Below are positions 12,401 to 23,335 of a DNA stretch of 33,408 nucleotides, piece after piece (within the stretch, counting starts at the first letter, position 1; each line of letters opens with the position of its first letter). The position numbers were made by a program, and so were the translations under genes. The notes beneath the pieces are model-generated. The model was not told the DNA's origin. It saw nothing but the letters and a program-made list of their open reading frames with translations, and ran no database searches. Location of the stretch: NCBI GenBank assembly GCA_003693705.1, contig RBZT01000651.1:1-33408 (forward strand), given 5' to 3'. The stretch comes from Polymyxa betae A26-41 (taxonomy: Eukaryota; Protista; Endomyxa: Phytomyxea).

Positions 12401-13823
12401 TAGCAGCGAAAGATGCGTAGTTAATTCCGTCGATGGCGTATGGGCACAAATCCGTAGTACAGTCGCTGAACTGAAGGGAAGTGCGTTCCCAGACCTTCGC
12501 ACTCCCCGGAGTCCGTGTAATGTTCACACGTCCGTGCGTGATCTGCGATTTGTTCGCCAACAGGATGATATCGCCCCAATCAATTGTTAATGCGCATTTG
12601 CCGTCAGCGAACATAGCGCGGGAGTCCGCCACGGACAGGTCGAATTGGAACGGAGGGCCGTAATCGTTCGTGCGCTTCATCTGACGTAACGCCTCTCGGA
12701 CCGCGTCGTTATCCAGCAGAGGTCCGAATGTATTTGGATCGAAGAATACGCCCTGTTGGGTCCCTTTCGATTGGATATACGGACTCAGAAACGTAAATGT
12801 GTACCAGGGCCAAACCTACAAAATTCACAACTCAAAGTTAGCCACAGACATACGCACAACTTAACCAATTGTTTTCCAAATATTTCTTGAATCCAAATTT
12901 TTGAAAAAATCATATTTTATATATAATTCGCAAAAATGTTGACCAATTTCTGTCAAGAATCAAGACCGCATGAATTTTTTGAATGTAATTTGTGAAGTCA
13001 GTTCAGAAAAAATTTCAAGAAAATCGACGGTTTTTTCAGTAGTTTTTTTATAAAATATTAAAAAATGGTGAACTAATTCTGTCGAAAAACCGCATAAAAC
13101 TTTGAAAAAACGTAATGTATGACATTTCCATGAAAACGAGTAATGCTGGCCCACTTACATGATTGGCCATTTTTGGCAGGCAGACGGCCCATTTATCGGT
13201 GACGTTATTTTGCAGGAGGCCGTCATGGACGGTGGCGGCTACCTGATTGAACTCATCCCAGGTCCGCGGCGGCTGCGCCCCTGTGGCGTACTGCCCCAAC
13301 AGGTCCGTATTATAATACATATAGTGGACATCGCCGTCCATTGGAATGGCGTAAATGCGACCGTTGTACTGGCCAACATCTGTGACCAATAAGTTAAGGT
13401 TAGGGTTTGTGTTTTCCGCCTACAAGAGCGAATGTAATAGGCGATGTCGGGCCAGACGATGTCGGGCTGCGCCGCCACCCAGTCCGTGATGTCTTCTAAC
13501 ACCGTCTGGTGTCCGGGGTCGCAGACTTCGCAGTCGACGTACTCGGCGATACGCTGCCCTTGATAGATGAACAAATCGTAATAATTGACGCGGTCTTTAG
13601 CGGCGGCCATAATCTCCTGGTGCAGCTGGCCCTGCGCAACTCCGAACAGATTCACGCGGACTCCGGTCTGATTATAGAACAGCTCCTTCCAGTGCGCCGG
13701 GTTATGGATAATCGTGTCTTTCTCCGTCAGCAGGTTGATCGTAACTCCGGAGAGATCCTCAGCAAAGACCGCCGATATCATGGCACAAAGAGCGAGGGCC
13801 ATGACATACCCGTGGGCCAGCAT
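9454..13823 (-). CDS. Class C (GABA-B/mGluR-like) GPCR with family-1 solute-binding ectodomain and EGF-like module; 8 exons, ~949 aa
   Basis: Exons 13823-13424, 13379-13159, 12815-12398, 12091-11236, 10960-10681, 10392-10090, 10036-9911 and 9699-9454 join in frame through GT-AG introns (2850 nt). Motifs: signal peptide; PMDGDVHYMYY, PPRTWDEF, GKCALTIDWGD and FAATGGW (SBP); CxxxxCxCxxGWTGxDC (EGF); VVKTKSP, KTYRIKRIF and TRHVLSEFNESK (7tm_3). Confidence 0.92.
11005..11240. repeat. Tandem duplication (2 x ~120 bp) filling GPCR intron 4
   Basis: AAGAGCCAG(A/C)AATCGTGTCGATT...AATCAACAAAGTGTA...CACGGAC occurs twice. Confidence 0.9.
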
Positions 13824-14244
13824 GGCTGCCGACCTGGTAACACAAACGATTTATCCAATGGCTGAAACGTTTGTTGTCGAGCATTACAGATCGATCGGTA
13901 GAACTTTGAAGAAATCCGTTCCAACATTATATACGCGAATCTACTCGATCCGGACCAGTACGACCCACCCGCTCACAACGATAATGGCCCTTAAAACGAA
14001 CCGTATCGAACGACTTACTTCATGCACGACTTCAGACATCCATTCGTCAAAGACACTAATTGATAGTTGACGATGAACTCTCCTTACGCTGTATGATTTT
14101 ACTAATGAGAGCCTTTTAACAATGATCGATAATCCGGGTTCGTATTAGCAAGAATGGGGGGATACTGGTCCACATGTTTCGATGCATCAGATTCAGGCTC
14201 CAGCCATGCCGAGATTCGTTCGATTTGATGTAAAACCAACAAGC

Positions 14245-14326
14245 GCCGTTGTGACCGAGTGGTCAAGGTGGTAGATTCGAAATCTACTGGGTTCTGCCCG
14301 CGCGAGTTCAAATCTCGTCGACGGCT
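14245..14326 (+). tRNA. tRNA-Ser(CGA)
   Basis: Acceptor stem GCCGTTG/CGACGGC; anticodon arm GTAGA-TTCGAAA-TCTAC; long variable arm; GTTCAAATC T-loop; downstream T-run. Confidence 0.96.
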
Positions 14327-14554
14327 TCTTTTTTATTTGCTTCAAGCAAAATGTTTTCATCGATTGATCCACTGGATGAAATCCGACGAAGCTCTGTTCA
14401 CATCAATCTTCACTCAAATGTCATTAATACTTTGAGCAAATGGCTTTCAAAAAATATTCGCGCAGTTCACTTGTGTGGAACCGAGGTGAGGACGACTGGA
14501 GTGCCTGACTCAACCCTAAAACCTTAAACTGAATCCACTTCCTAGTCCAGTCGC

Positions 14555-15025
14555 TCATTTGAGTGCTTCCAGGCTCTCAATACCGCCATCGTCAGATTGC
14601 GTGTAATTTGACCCAGCTCTCTGCAACGTTGCGATGGTCGGTACGGATCGGGTACGGCCGAGACGTGTTTCAATTGATGACCCCCCGTGGGGATTTGCCG
14701 AGCCGACTTTAGGGCGAATGGGTCGCCTCTCACAGATGTACTGAAATGTCCGTTCTGGTGTCGAGCACGCAACATGAAGTGATTTACCAAGATTGCTAAT
14801 CATTGTAAATAGAAATCAGGAACATCATCGCCGTAACAGCCGCGATCGATCGGATTCAGCCGCCGAGACTCCGGTCTCATTATGGACCAGATCGACCCAG
14901 AGCTGCGGATTATGAATGGTATCATGCTTCGCCGTAATTGCCACACCGGAATAGTCGTTCACGGATTCGGTCACTGGCCTCGCACAGTTCCGGGCCAGCA
15001 TGACCGCAGCGCGCACTGACAGCAT
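14555..15025 (-). pseudogene. Decayed paralog of the 5' end of the SBP-GPCR
   Basis: DYSGVAITAKHDTIHNPQLWVDLVHNETGV aligns with DLSGVTINLLTEKDTIIHNPAHWKELFYNQTGV; the frame breaks afterwards. Confidence 0.75.
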
Positions 15026-15527
15026 ACTTGGAAAGTCAGTAGTGAAGAGCGATTCGCAACCGTTTACGATTCTCTAACTCGCCCATTTGTGAGTTCTGCG
15101 AGACTTCAGCAGAGGCTGATTTACCAAAAAATGAGAAATACTGTGAATCGTGCCCAGTTCGTCAACGCGCCGTACAATTCTGTGATTGATTCAAACTGGA
15201 ATACAAAATATTCTTTCATTTCGGTTATCAACATTTTGGCGAGATATGCGCTTTTGTCCTGTCCTCCATCTCCTTGAGCGAATTGTTACAAAATTTCGAT
15301 ATCTTGAATTCCGGTTGGCGACTCCATTCCTGATAGCAAACATAAAAACCCTTTCATTATGAGGCGAAAGAGAACTGCATCTCGAATACAGTCTGATGGC
15401 CTAAAATTCAGAACAGATGGTGTCATAACTTAAAGGCTGCAAAATTGTTCCGAGAAGAAAATTCGAGTTTACTATTGAAATGGCTCGAGCGAGCAAATGA
15501 AATCGGCAGAAATGCGAAAAACAAAGA

Positions 15528-15609
15528 AGCCGTCGACGAGACTCGAACTCGCGCGGGCAGAGCCCAAATGATTTCTAATCATTCTCCTTAACCACTCGGA
15601 CACAACGGC
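15528..15609 (-). tRNA. tRNA-Ser(AGA)
   Basis: Reverse complement GCCGTTGTGTCCGAGTGGTTAAGGAG-AATGA-TTAGAAA-TCATT...GTTCGAGTC...CGACGGC-T. Confidence 0.96.
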
Positions 15610-16823
15610 ATTTTTGTTGACGGAAGAATTTCGATTAGATGCATCAGCGGAGCCTCAAGCGACTTCCTGCATTGAAAACGGCGTTTGCAACAGAACGCTT
15701 GACGGATTTTCCAATCTCGCTGAAAGATTCTGCTCTAACAATAAAATCGATTTTGCGTTTGTGAGCCCAATACGGCTGGAATAATACGATGTCGATGTTC
15801 AATCAAGAGTGAACGATAAAGAGTGTTTTCAGAAAGGTTTTTCTGAAGTGCATATTTGACTGAGGCTCGAAGACCTGCAGGCTTCTTACGGTATCATTCA
15901 CGAATGGGTAAAAGCCCCAGTCTATATCCACTCGTTGGCTTCATGATCTCAGCATCCAAGATGAAGCAGCAACCCTAACATTTGTTCTCCGTAGCAAACT
16001 CGAGATTTGGGATACCGTTTTTCAGCTCTTACGTTTAAATCGCACCTCTCTATACATGACTCGCTGATTCATTACTTTTCTCTTGACGTCACTAAAAAGT
16101 TTTTGTCGGAGAATCAATTTACCTGCGCGGTTCTCGAATATTGGATTCACTATCTGTAGTACAGCCGACTTACTTAAGCCCATATCCAGAGGATAGCAGC
16201 TGGAGATAGGTCGCATTCCATAAGATTATAACTAGTATGTAATCTGCTCTCTGTACAATGTCCAAAGCCGAGGAAATCCTCTTGCCTGTCTATCATATTT
16301 CGTAGACTTTCGGAATCATTTTTACTGGGTTCGCTACAAAGACATTTGGCTGCGTTAGATTACGGTCATTCACAGCCACCATTAGAAAACTATGCAGCTG
16401 TAATGTATAGCCCCTTCCGATCACCTATTGAACCTATAACACATGACCGATATGAGCAACCGAGAATTGTATTCTCCTCGTTATCCCGATTATTGAATAT
16501 CGCATCGTTGCTTAACGGATTTCATCCAAAATGATTCTGGCATGATCTTGGCATTATCTGGAGCAATACTCAAAAGCTGATTTTCGTGACCTGTATGCCT
16601 TGAGTGAAGCGAAAGCCACGACGAGAGAAACATAATTTTGCGGGAGGGCTGCGCTACCCATCGGAGCTAAGGCAAGCGTGCTTACCCAAGTCGTCGGAGC
16701 TTGTTCGGAGGTTAACCCTGCTGGCTCCCAAGTTCACCAAATCCTCACCGTCCGACTTCTTCAATTCTATCGGCTCTTTTTCAGCCTGATCAAGGCGCCA
16801 GCTGTCAGCTGCTTAGGAGGTGG

Positions 16824-17683
16824 ATGTCGGCAGCAGAATTGCTGCAGCTTATGAAGCAAGATGGAGGCAAACGAAGCCCGCTTCCGGACCCCAAACAGGA
16901 GTCTGACAGCCGTCGCAAAAAGCAGCGACTCTCAAAGAAGCCGAAAACGCAGCGACTGATCTGGACTGCGGATGACGTACGAATGCTGCTCGATATCCGA
17001 CATTCGGCGCAATCGTTGGAGCTATTCAAATCCTGTAAAACTGCGAAACAGAAATCGTCGTGGTGGACCTGGTTATCGAAAGCCGTCTCCTTGAAACTGG
17101 GCCGTCATGTGATCCCGAAACAAGTCAAGAATCGATATGATAAACTGAAGGTCGAATATCAGCAAGTTCTGTATGCAGAGGACCATAGGAAAACTCATCC
17201 TCATGTTTGCGTTCGGTATCCTAAATACTGGGACGCCATGGTCGATTATTTTCAGGTCCATCCAAACATCTGAAAGCCGGGAGAGACTCAAATTGAATTT
17301 AGCTCGGGAGAAGCTCCGATATATTTGTCGATAGCAACGATGAGAGTGTCGCAGGCGATTCTAAAGCAACAGCATCGGAGCTCAGCTCTGATGAGGATTC
17401 GTTTTCTGGGATTGAGCGGCCCGAAGGCTCTTTGCAGACTCTGGCTCAACTTGGGGAGACGGTTTCAAACGAAAGCAACAAATTATCTAACACTGGACGC
17501 TGCAAGCCGTCGGTCTCAGATCTGCTCGGAAACTTGAAAAGCATGATACAAGCGCAAACTTCACGTACAGAGTCATTGGTCGCACATCAACAAGAGGCTG
17601 CCAGACATCGGAATGCAATTGATCTGCAGATTTTTCGAATTTTGCAAACAATTATCGATGATCAAGACCGAACGAAGATTTAA
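16824..17683 (+). CDS. Myb/SANT-like (trihelix-type) DNA-binding protein, 2 exons, ~270 aa
   Basis: WTADDVRMLLDIR...WWTWLS...QVKNRYDKLKVEY...YWDAM, with a basic NLS-like RRKKQR. A 47-nt GT-AG intron at 17256-17302 joins in frame to an acidic linker and a coiled-coil-like tail. Confidence 0.85.
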
Positions 17684-17914
17684 CCATTGTGAAAGGAATT
17701 TTTTTGTTGAAATATCCCATTTGGAATCAGTTTACACTTTACAGTCATGTTCAAGAATATGGAATTGTCAATGATTGGCAGATCTTTTTAATATCCTCAA
17801 CAATATGGCTGTTTTAATGTATTGATCGAAATGCTTTGTCGTAGTAATTACAGGCTTCGATAGGTCTCCTGTCTTCCTAAATGGTTAAAGGCCAAAAGTT
17901 GGCAGGACCACATA

Positions 17915-18020
17915 GCCGATACATGAAGAGCTGACTGGGGGTGGCCTCCCCTTTTCCGATTCATGAAGAGCAGCCTGGGCGTGGCCTCCCCTGTTCCGAT
18001 TCATGAAGAGCAGCCTGGGC
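17915..18020. repeat. Tandem repeat, ~2.5 x 40 bp
   Basis: CCGATTCATGAAGAGCAGCCTGGGCGTGGCCTCCCCT units. Confidence 0.9.
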
Positions 18021-19005
18021 CTAACCCCTCTTCAGCTTTGAATCTCTTCGAGCCTGTTTGAGCCAGCAGTTATCCGCTTCATAGGAGGCTGCCGGCAATA
18101 GATCAATGCACAGCCCATGATACGATGGCCCCAAGCTGGAAATCGCAGACTGTCACTAAGAAGCTGGCCCCGATATTATGACACTATTGGGGTGCCCTCT
18201 CTACCCTCTATCAGCCGTCTATTGTCCCATCTGGACGAGAACCGTCAAGTTCAGTCAGATCTCGTAACCAATATATACAATCTTTGCCCTAACGACCTTG
18301 TTGAGTTGGTTCGATTGACCCAAATGCAACCTGTGTGAATGCTGCTAAAAAAATCACGTCTGTTTTTGTGCTTGCTGCTCTGGACTTAATCGCCGATAGA
18401 TGCTCAATATGCATAATTTTTCGGCGTTTAATTTGATTCGAGATTGCTGTTTGAATACACTCCCAGAGAATGTACTTCGCTGCGTTTACAAATCCAGAAT
18501 CATCATCCTTCAAAGTTGATTCGTGAAGTTTAGACCAGGTATGCGAAGTTAAATGTTGTTGTGCCATCAACTACAGCTACTGCATCATATTAACAAGCAA
18601 GTCCGGAAGCAGCTTATCACATCCAACCAAGCAGAATCCGTCGGCATGAGCGTAATCGGGCTGATTCCGGTAATCTCGCCCAAATCCTTTTGTAATAGGA
18701 GACTTGCCATGTCCTGCCTTCGGATCTGCAGGACTTGCAGAGTGGCCTTCTCTTCGAACGAGATCTCCCGGAGACGGGTCGTACTACCCCATGCAGCCCA
18801 TTGATGTCCATTTTCCGACAGTTAACCTCCCTGTCGTCCGTCTTTCGGAATATTACAACGGAATGGCAAAAACAAACTAACGGGAGCCGTTGTTACCACC
18901 CATGAGATCAATCATTGCAAGACGAGATTAGGGTTTTAAAGGGTTAGGGTTTGAATTCGAAAGAAAGGGAATGTTGGGGATCCGATACAGAACATTGGAA
19001 GGAGT

Positions 19006-19957
19006 TTATTCTGTACGATGACGTTTCTTCTGCCTACTCTCATCCCGTTGTCGCCTTTGTTGCACTAATTTTTCATGCTTGACAGGACCGCAGACGCCAA
19101 TTCCTTTACAGCGATTTATCTGGAAGCATTTTAGAGGCAGGGTCTTATGCTTGCTTGCGAACTCGACCACATTCTTCCCGCAATGCTTCTTGTAACATTG
19201 CATCATAGCAGCAAATGATCGAGCCAAGGCGAACATCTTCGGATCACGGCGTGGTTCTCGATACGGTTTGAAACAATCAGAAAGTTCACCAATCAGCTTG
19301 ATCTTGTGTTCATTAATATTAGTGAGAACAAGTGTAGACACAGAAACTTTTATGTCCGGAATCTGCTTCGAAAATTGGAATATTTTGTTAGATTCCCCTC
19401 TACAATGAGTTGCAATACATTCAACGTATGCAGAAAGTTCTGTTCACGTTAGCATAATTATAAGAGGATCTGTTAATCTCATACCTGCAGAAAGATGGGA
19501 AGATTCTGCATCAGAATCGAGATTATAACACGGCATCAATGGGTCCGCTCTCTTCGCAAGCTGTGCTATCTTTCATACGAATCTGTTCGATTTCAGGTTG
19601 AGAGTTTAATATCTCCATATCACCATCAATCGTATTATGAAGGGTCCTATCTAGACCCACTATCTCCTGATTTTCAGTAGTCTGATCGAATGCAGATTCA
19701 GGAAGGGATTCCGGCAGGACCGCCTCAAAGTCCACACCAGCAATCTGCTTCTCAGCAGTCTGATCGAACGCAGATTCAAGAAGGGTTTCCAGCAGGACCG
19801 CCTCAAGGTCCACATCTGCAATCTGCAGCAGCATTTCCCCCGATGATGGCTCTGCATAGGGTTTTAACCCGCCTGTAGAGCGAAACCGAACGGGAGCAGG
19901 AGCAGCAGCGGTTAAGCCGAGGGCTGCGCTCAGGGCCAACACGGACACGGCCTTCAT
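19006..19957 (-). pseudogene. Secreted acidic-repeat/basic-tail protein, copy 1 (frameshifted)
   Basis: Signal MKAVSVLALSAALGLTAA; 26-aa repeat twice; intron 19440-19484; an 11-nt deletion relative to copy 2 near 19525 shifts the frame. Confidence 0.8.
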
Positions 19958-20272
19958 GACTTGATAGCGACCTGTGTTGGGATATGGTGAGCAGATTCGA
20001 AATCGAGACCGAATTGGAAGAAATGGGTCATGAAGATATCCAATGGTATAATTCGACACATCAATTCCGTCGATATCTCCGTGATGAATCTCAGATTCTG
20101 TCCGACACGCACTGACGGGGGTGGCAACATTCCAGAGAAGCGACACGAACAGTTCGACTGCGGCTGTTCGGACAGCTTTAAAGACGAGAGGAAAAATACA
20201 AGAGAATGGAATTGAATGTATTATTGATTAAAGACCGTCGCGGCGTCCTGGAATCAAGGGGACGGGCCACGA

Positions 20273-20518
20273 TAGAATTCGTCAGAAAATCAAGCGAGAT
20301 TTAAGATAGAGAGGAGGCTCTCAGTTTACGCGCAGTTATGCTCGCAGTACAAAATGCTCCAGATGATGGAAAAACTGCGTCTGCTTAGAGTAGAATTCGT
20401 CAGAAAAAAATGAAGAGAGCTTTTACAAAATGATAGAAAGGAGGCACGCAGTTTTACGCGAAGTTAAGCTTGCTGTAAAAAATGCGTCACATGAAGGAAA
20501 AACTTCGTCAGCTTAGGG
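20273..20518. repeat. Diverged tandem duplication (2 x ~120 bp)
   Basis: TAGAATTCGTCAGAAAA...GGAGGC...GGAAAAACT...GCTTAG occurs twice. Confidence 0.8.
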
Positions 20519-20606
20519 TTTATATGGAAGGGCGGTCAAGTGACCCACAGCAGCGCCTCTTTAGTTGCTTTCTATCACGGACAGCTTGAAAAACATTGGT
20601 AGGAGT

Positions 20607-21546
20607 TTATTCTGTACGACGACGCTTTCGACTACAAGCATTCCGTTTTTGCCTTTGTTGAATTATTTTTTCATGCATGACAGGACCGCAGACGTGAAAT
20701 CCATTACAGCGATTCCTTTGGAAGCTTCTTAAAGGCAGAGTTTTATGCTTGCTTGCGAACTCGACGACATTCTTCCCGCAATGCTTCTCGTAGCAATGCA
20801 TCATAGCCGCAAATGATAGAGCCAGGCGATGCATTCTCTGATCGATGCGGGTTTTTCGATACCGTTTGTAATATTCGGAAAGTTCGCCCATCAGCTTGAT
20901 CTTGTGCTCATCAATGTTTGTGAGAGTCAGTCCAGAAGCAGAGACCTTTAAGTCCGGAATCTGGCTCGAAACTAGGACTAGTTTTCTCCATTCCCCTTTA
21001 TCATGAGCTTCGAAACATTCAACGTATGCAGAAAGTTCTAATCACGTTAATAATATTATAAGAGGATTGGTTATAATCTCGCACCTGCAGAAAGACGGGA
21101 AAAATCTGCTTTAGATTCGAGATTCTCATTGGTGTATAACACAATGGGGCCGTTCTCTTTGCAAGCTGTTCTCTCTTTCTTAATAGTCTCCTGATTGTGT
21201 TCGATTTCAGGGTGAGAGTTCAATATCTCCATATCAACATCAATATTATGAAGGGTCTTCACAATCTCCCGTTTTTCAGTATTCTGATGGAATGCAGATT
21301 CAGGAAAGGTTTCCGGCAGGACCGCCTCAGGATCATCCACATCTGCAATCTGCTTCTCAGCGATCTGATCGAACGCAGATTCATGAAGCGTTTCCAGCAG
21401 AAGCGCCTCAAAATCCACATCTGCAATCAGCACTTCCCAAATGATGGCTCAGCATAGGGTTTTAACCCTCCACTGGAGCGAAACCTTCCGGGAGCAGGCA
21501 CAGCAGCGACGGCTGCGCACAGGGCCAGCACGGACACGACCTTCAT
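20607..21546 (-). pseudogene. Secreted acidic-repeat/basic-tail protein, copy 2 (1-nt frameshift, possibly an assembly error)
   Basis: Signal MKVVSVLALCAAVAA; one G is missing in a G-run near 21436; intron 21038-21084 joins RLSA-E-LSAYVECF in frame to the terminal exon. Confidence 0.8.
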
Positions 21547-21804
21547 CGAAACTTGTGCTGGGATGTGGTGAGCAGATTCGAAATCGAGGAAGAGCGACCT
21601 GTCAATTGGTCGAATCTGCGTGACGGATCTCAGATTTAGTCTGTCACGCACAGACGTCTCGTTGGGATTGGGAAAAACTGCGCCTGCTTGACGGGCACGA
21701 ATGGTCGTCCCATCGATCGAGATCTGCTGGATGATCTTCTTATCAATTTGTGACTCCACCGCCCGGACAAGATGCGATCGTCACTCCGTCTTACAATTTC
21801 ACGG

Positions 21805-22095
21805 TCAAAAATGGGCTCAAAACAATCAAAAGTGGGTTTTTATAACTCTAAAAGAGGTCCTGAATTGCTCAAAATGGGGTCAAAACACTCAAAACGTTTT
21901 TTACCACTCTAAAAGTGTTTTTACCACTCTAAAAGCGGTCCTGAATGGTTCAAAATGGGCTCAAAATCACTCAAAACGTTTTTTTTACAACTCTAAAAGT
22001 TTTTTCTACCACTCTAAAAGCGGTCCTGAATGTTCCAAATGGGCTCAAAAACACTCAAAAAGTTTTTTTACCACTTTAAAAGCGGCCCTGAAAAG
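21805..22095. repeat. Compound minisatellite
   Basis: Units built from AAATGGGCTCAAAA, TTTTTACCACTCTAAAAG and GCGGTCCTGAATG modules, about 4 copies. Confidence 0.9.
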
Positions 22096-22459
22096 TTTAT
22101 TAAATTATAAGATGGCGCAACGCTTTTGTAGGGATTGATTATTGGGAGATCAAGAACGTAGGTCCTGAGAGCTAGACCAGACCCTGTTTGGGAGTGATTT
22201 TATATTATCGTTGCGTTTGATTGAAATCGGAATTTGATGACGAACTATATAAACATCGTGTTGTTGTCCTTTCGCTTCCGGTTTTTCGATCATTTCGTGC
22301 TTCTTAGAGCAGAAATTCTATCTATCAGATACCACTTTGAACCCAGTCTGATCAAGACTGCCTAATTTCCTAAAATTTCGATAATGCGGCCCTAACTAAC
22401 GCCTTAAGAGAAAACCGAAAATTAACTGGATGCCAATTGTCGAACATCCTCCTACGAAC

Positions 22460-23335
22460 GACTTCGAGCAGTTCCGACCGGATGTTCCCCTTTTCTTATC
22501 TCGCTGCCATTCGAATCATCCCCACGAAGATCAAGCTGCACATGAATTCGTTCTTCTCCAAAGATCAGAGAAGCGGTATAGGATATTGTGTCGGTCCTTA
22601 CCGTGCTTGAATCAACCTTTCGATATAGAACGGAATTGCGTGCCCACCTAATCTTATAAGTTAATACAAAATGTTATTTCTTTTTAATTCTTTATCTTTT
22701 TTCGATATTAGTTTTTGAATACGACATCTGACTCAACCGGAGCGGTCACTTAGGGTTGATTTTTGGCAGCATGAAACCCACTTATTTCATAAGCGGAATT
22801 GAAAAGAATCGCCAATTTCGTTGATCCAAAGCCCGTCAAAAGGCATCGCTTTCTTCTTTATCTGTGATTGGCTCTATGTTTTGATCTCTTAAATTCAAAC
22901 TGTTAAGCAAATTCAACGTCACAGCAACTTTATTCAGGGCGTGACATTGGACGATCGTCATTGGTCATTGAGTTTCTGTTGGCGTCATTGCTGCAACTGT
23001 TTCGAAAACTCATCTACGGGACTTTGGTCTTTATCTGATATCGGCAGCAAACGCCACGGCGATTCATCGCAGCCATCAAGACAAAGATAATGGAAACCGA
23101 AGGCCTTCGGTTTCGAGATTCTGGAAGTTCCAAGTACAGCGTTATTACGATCCGACAAAGCTATGCCAATATGGAGGCGGCCGCCGCCTTCGATCCTGTT
23201 TTGTTCGAGGTCATGCTGAATTATTTCTGGAATGATTGCTGTGCTAACGTTACTTGAATTCGGACAGCGCGGCAGCGCTTCGATCGTCACCGCTGCAGCG
23301 GACATACAGAATGCAACAAGAAGCAGAAACTCCGT
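22460..23335 (-). pseudogene. Possible secreted-protein pseudogene
   Basis: ACG-GAG-TTT-CTG gives a signal-like (T)EFLLLVAFCMSAAAVT segment, followed by ~105 open codons and then stops. A candidate last exon lies near 22460-22648. Confidence 0.3.

Noticed and set aside
6947-17683. One large Harbinger element spanning the transposase relic and the Myb gene
   Set aside because: No TIRs or TSD found, and host genes and tRNAs lie between them.
17915-18020. Possible CRISPR-like 40-bp repeats
   Set aside because: Head-to-tail tandem units without spacers.
18040-18900. Fragmented minus-strand ORFs
   Set aside because: No recognisable family and multiple stops.
21701-22138. 145-aa ORF
   Set aside because: Translation of the minisatellite.
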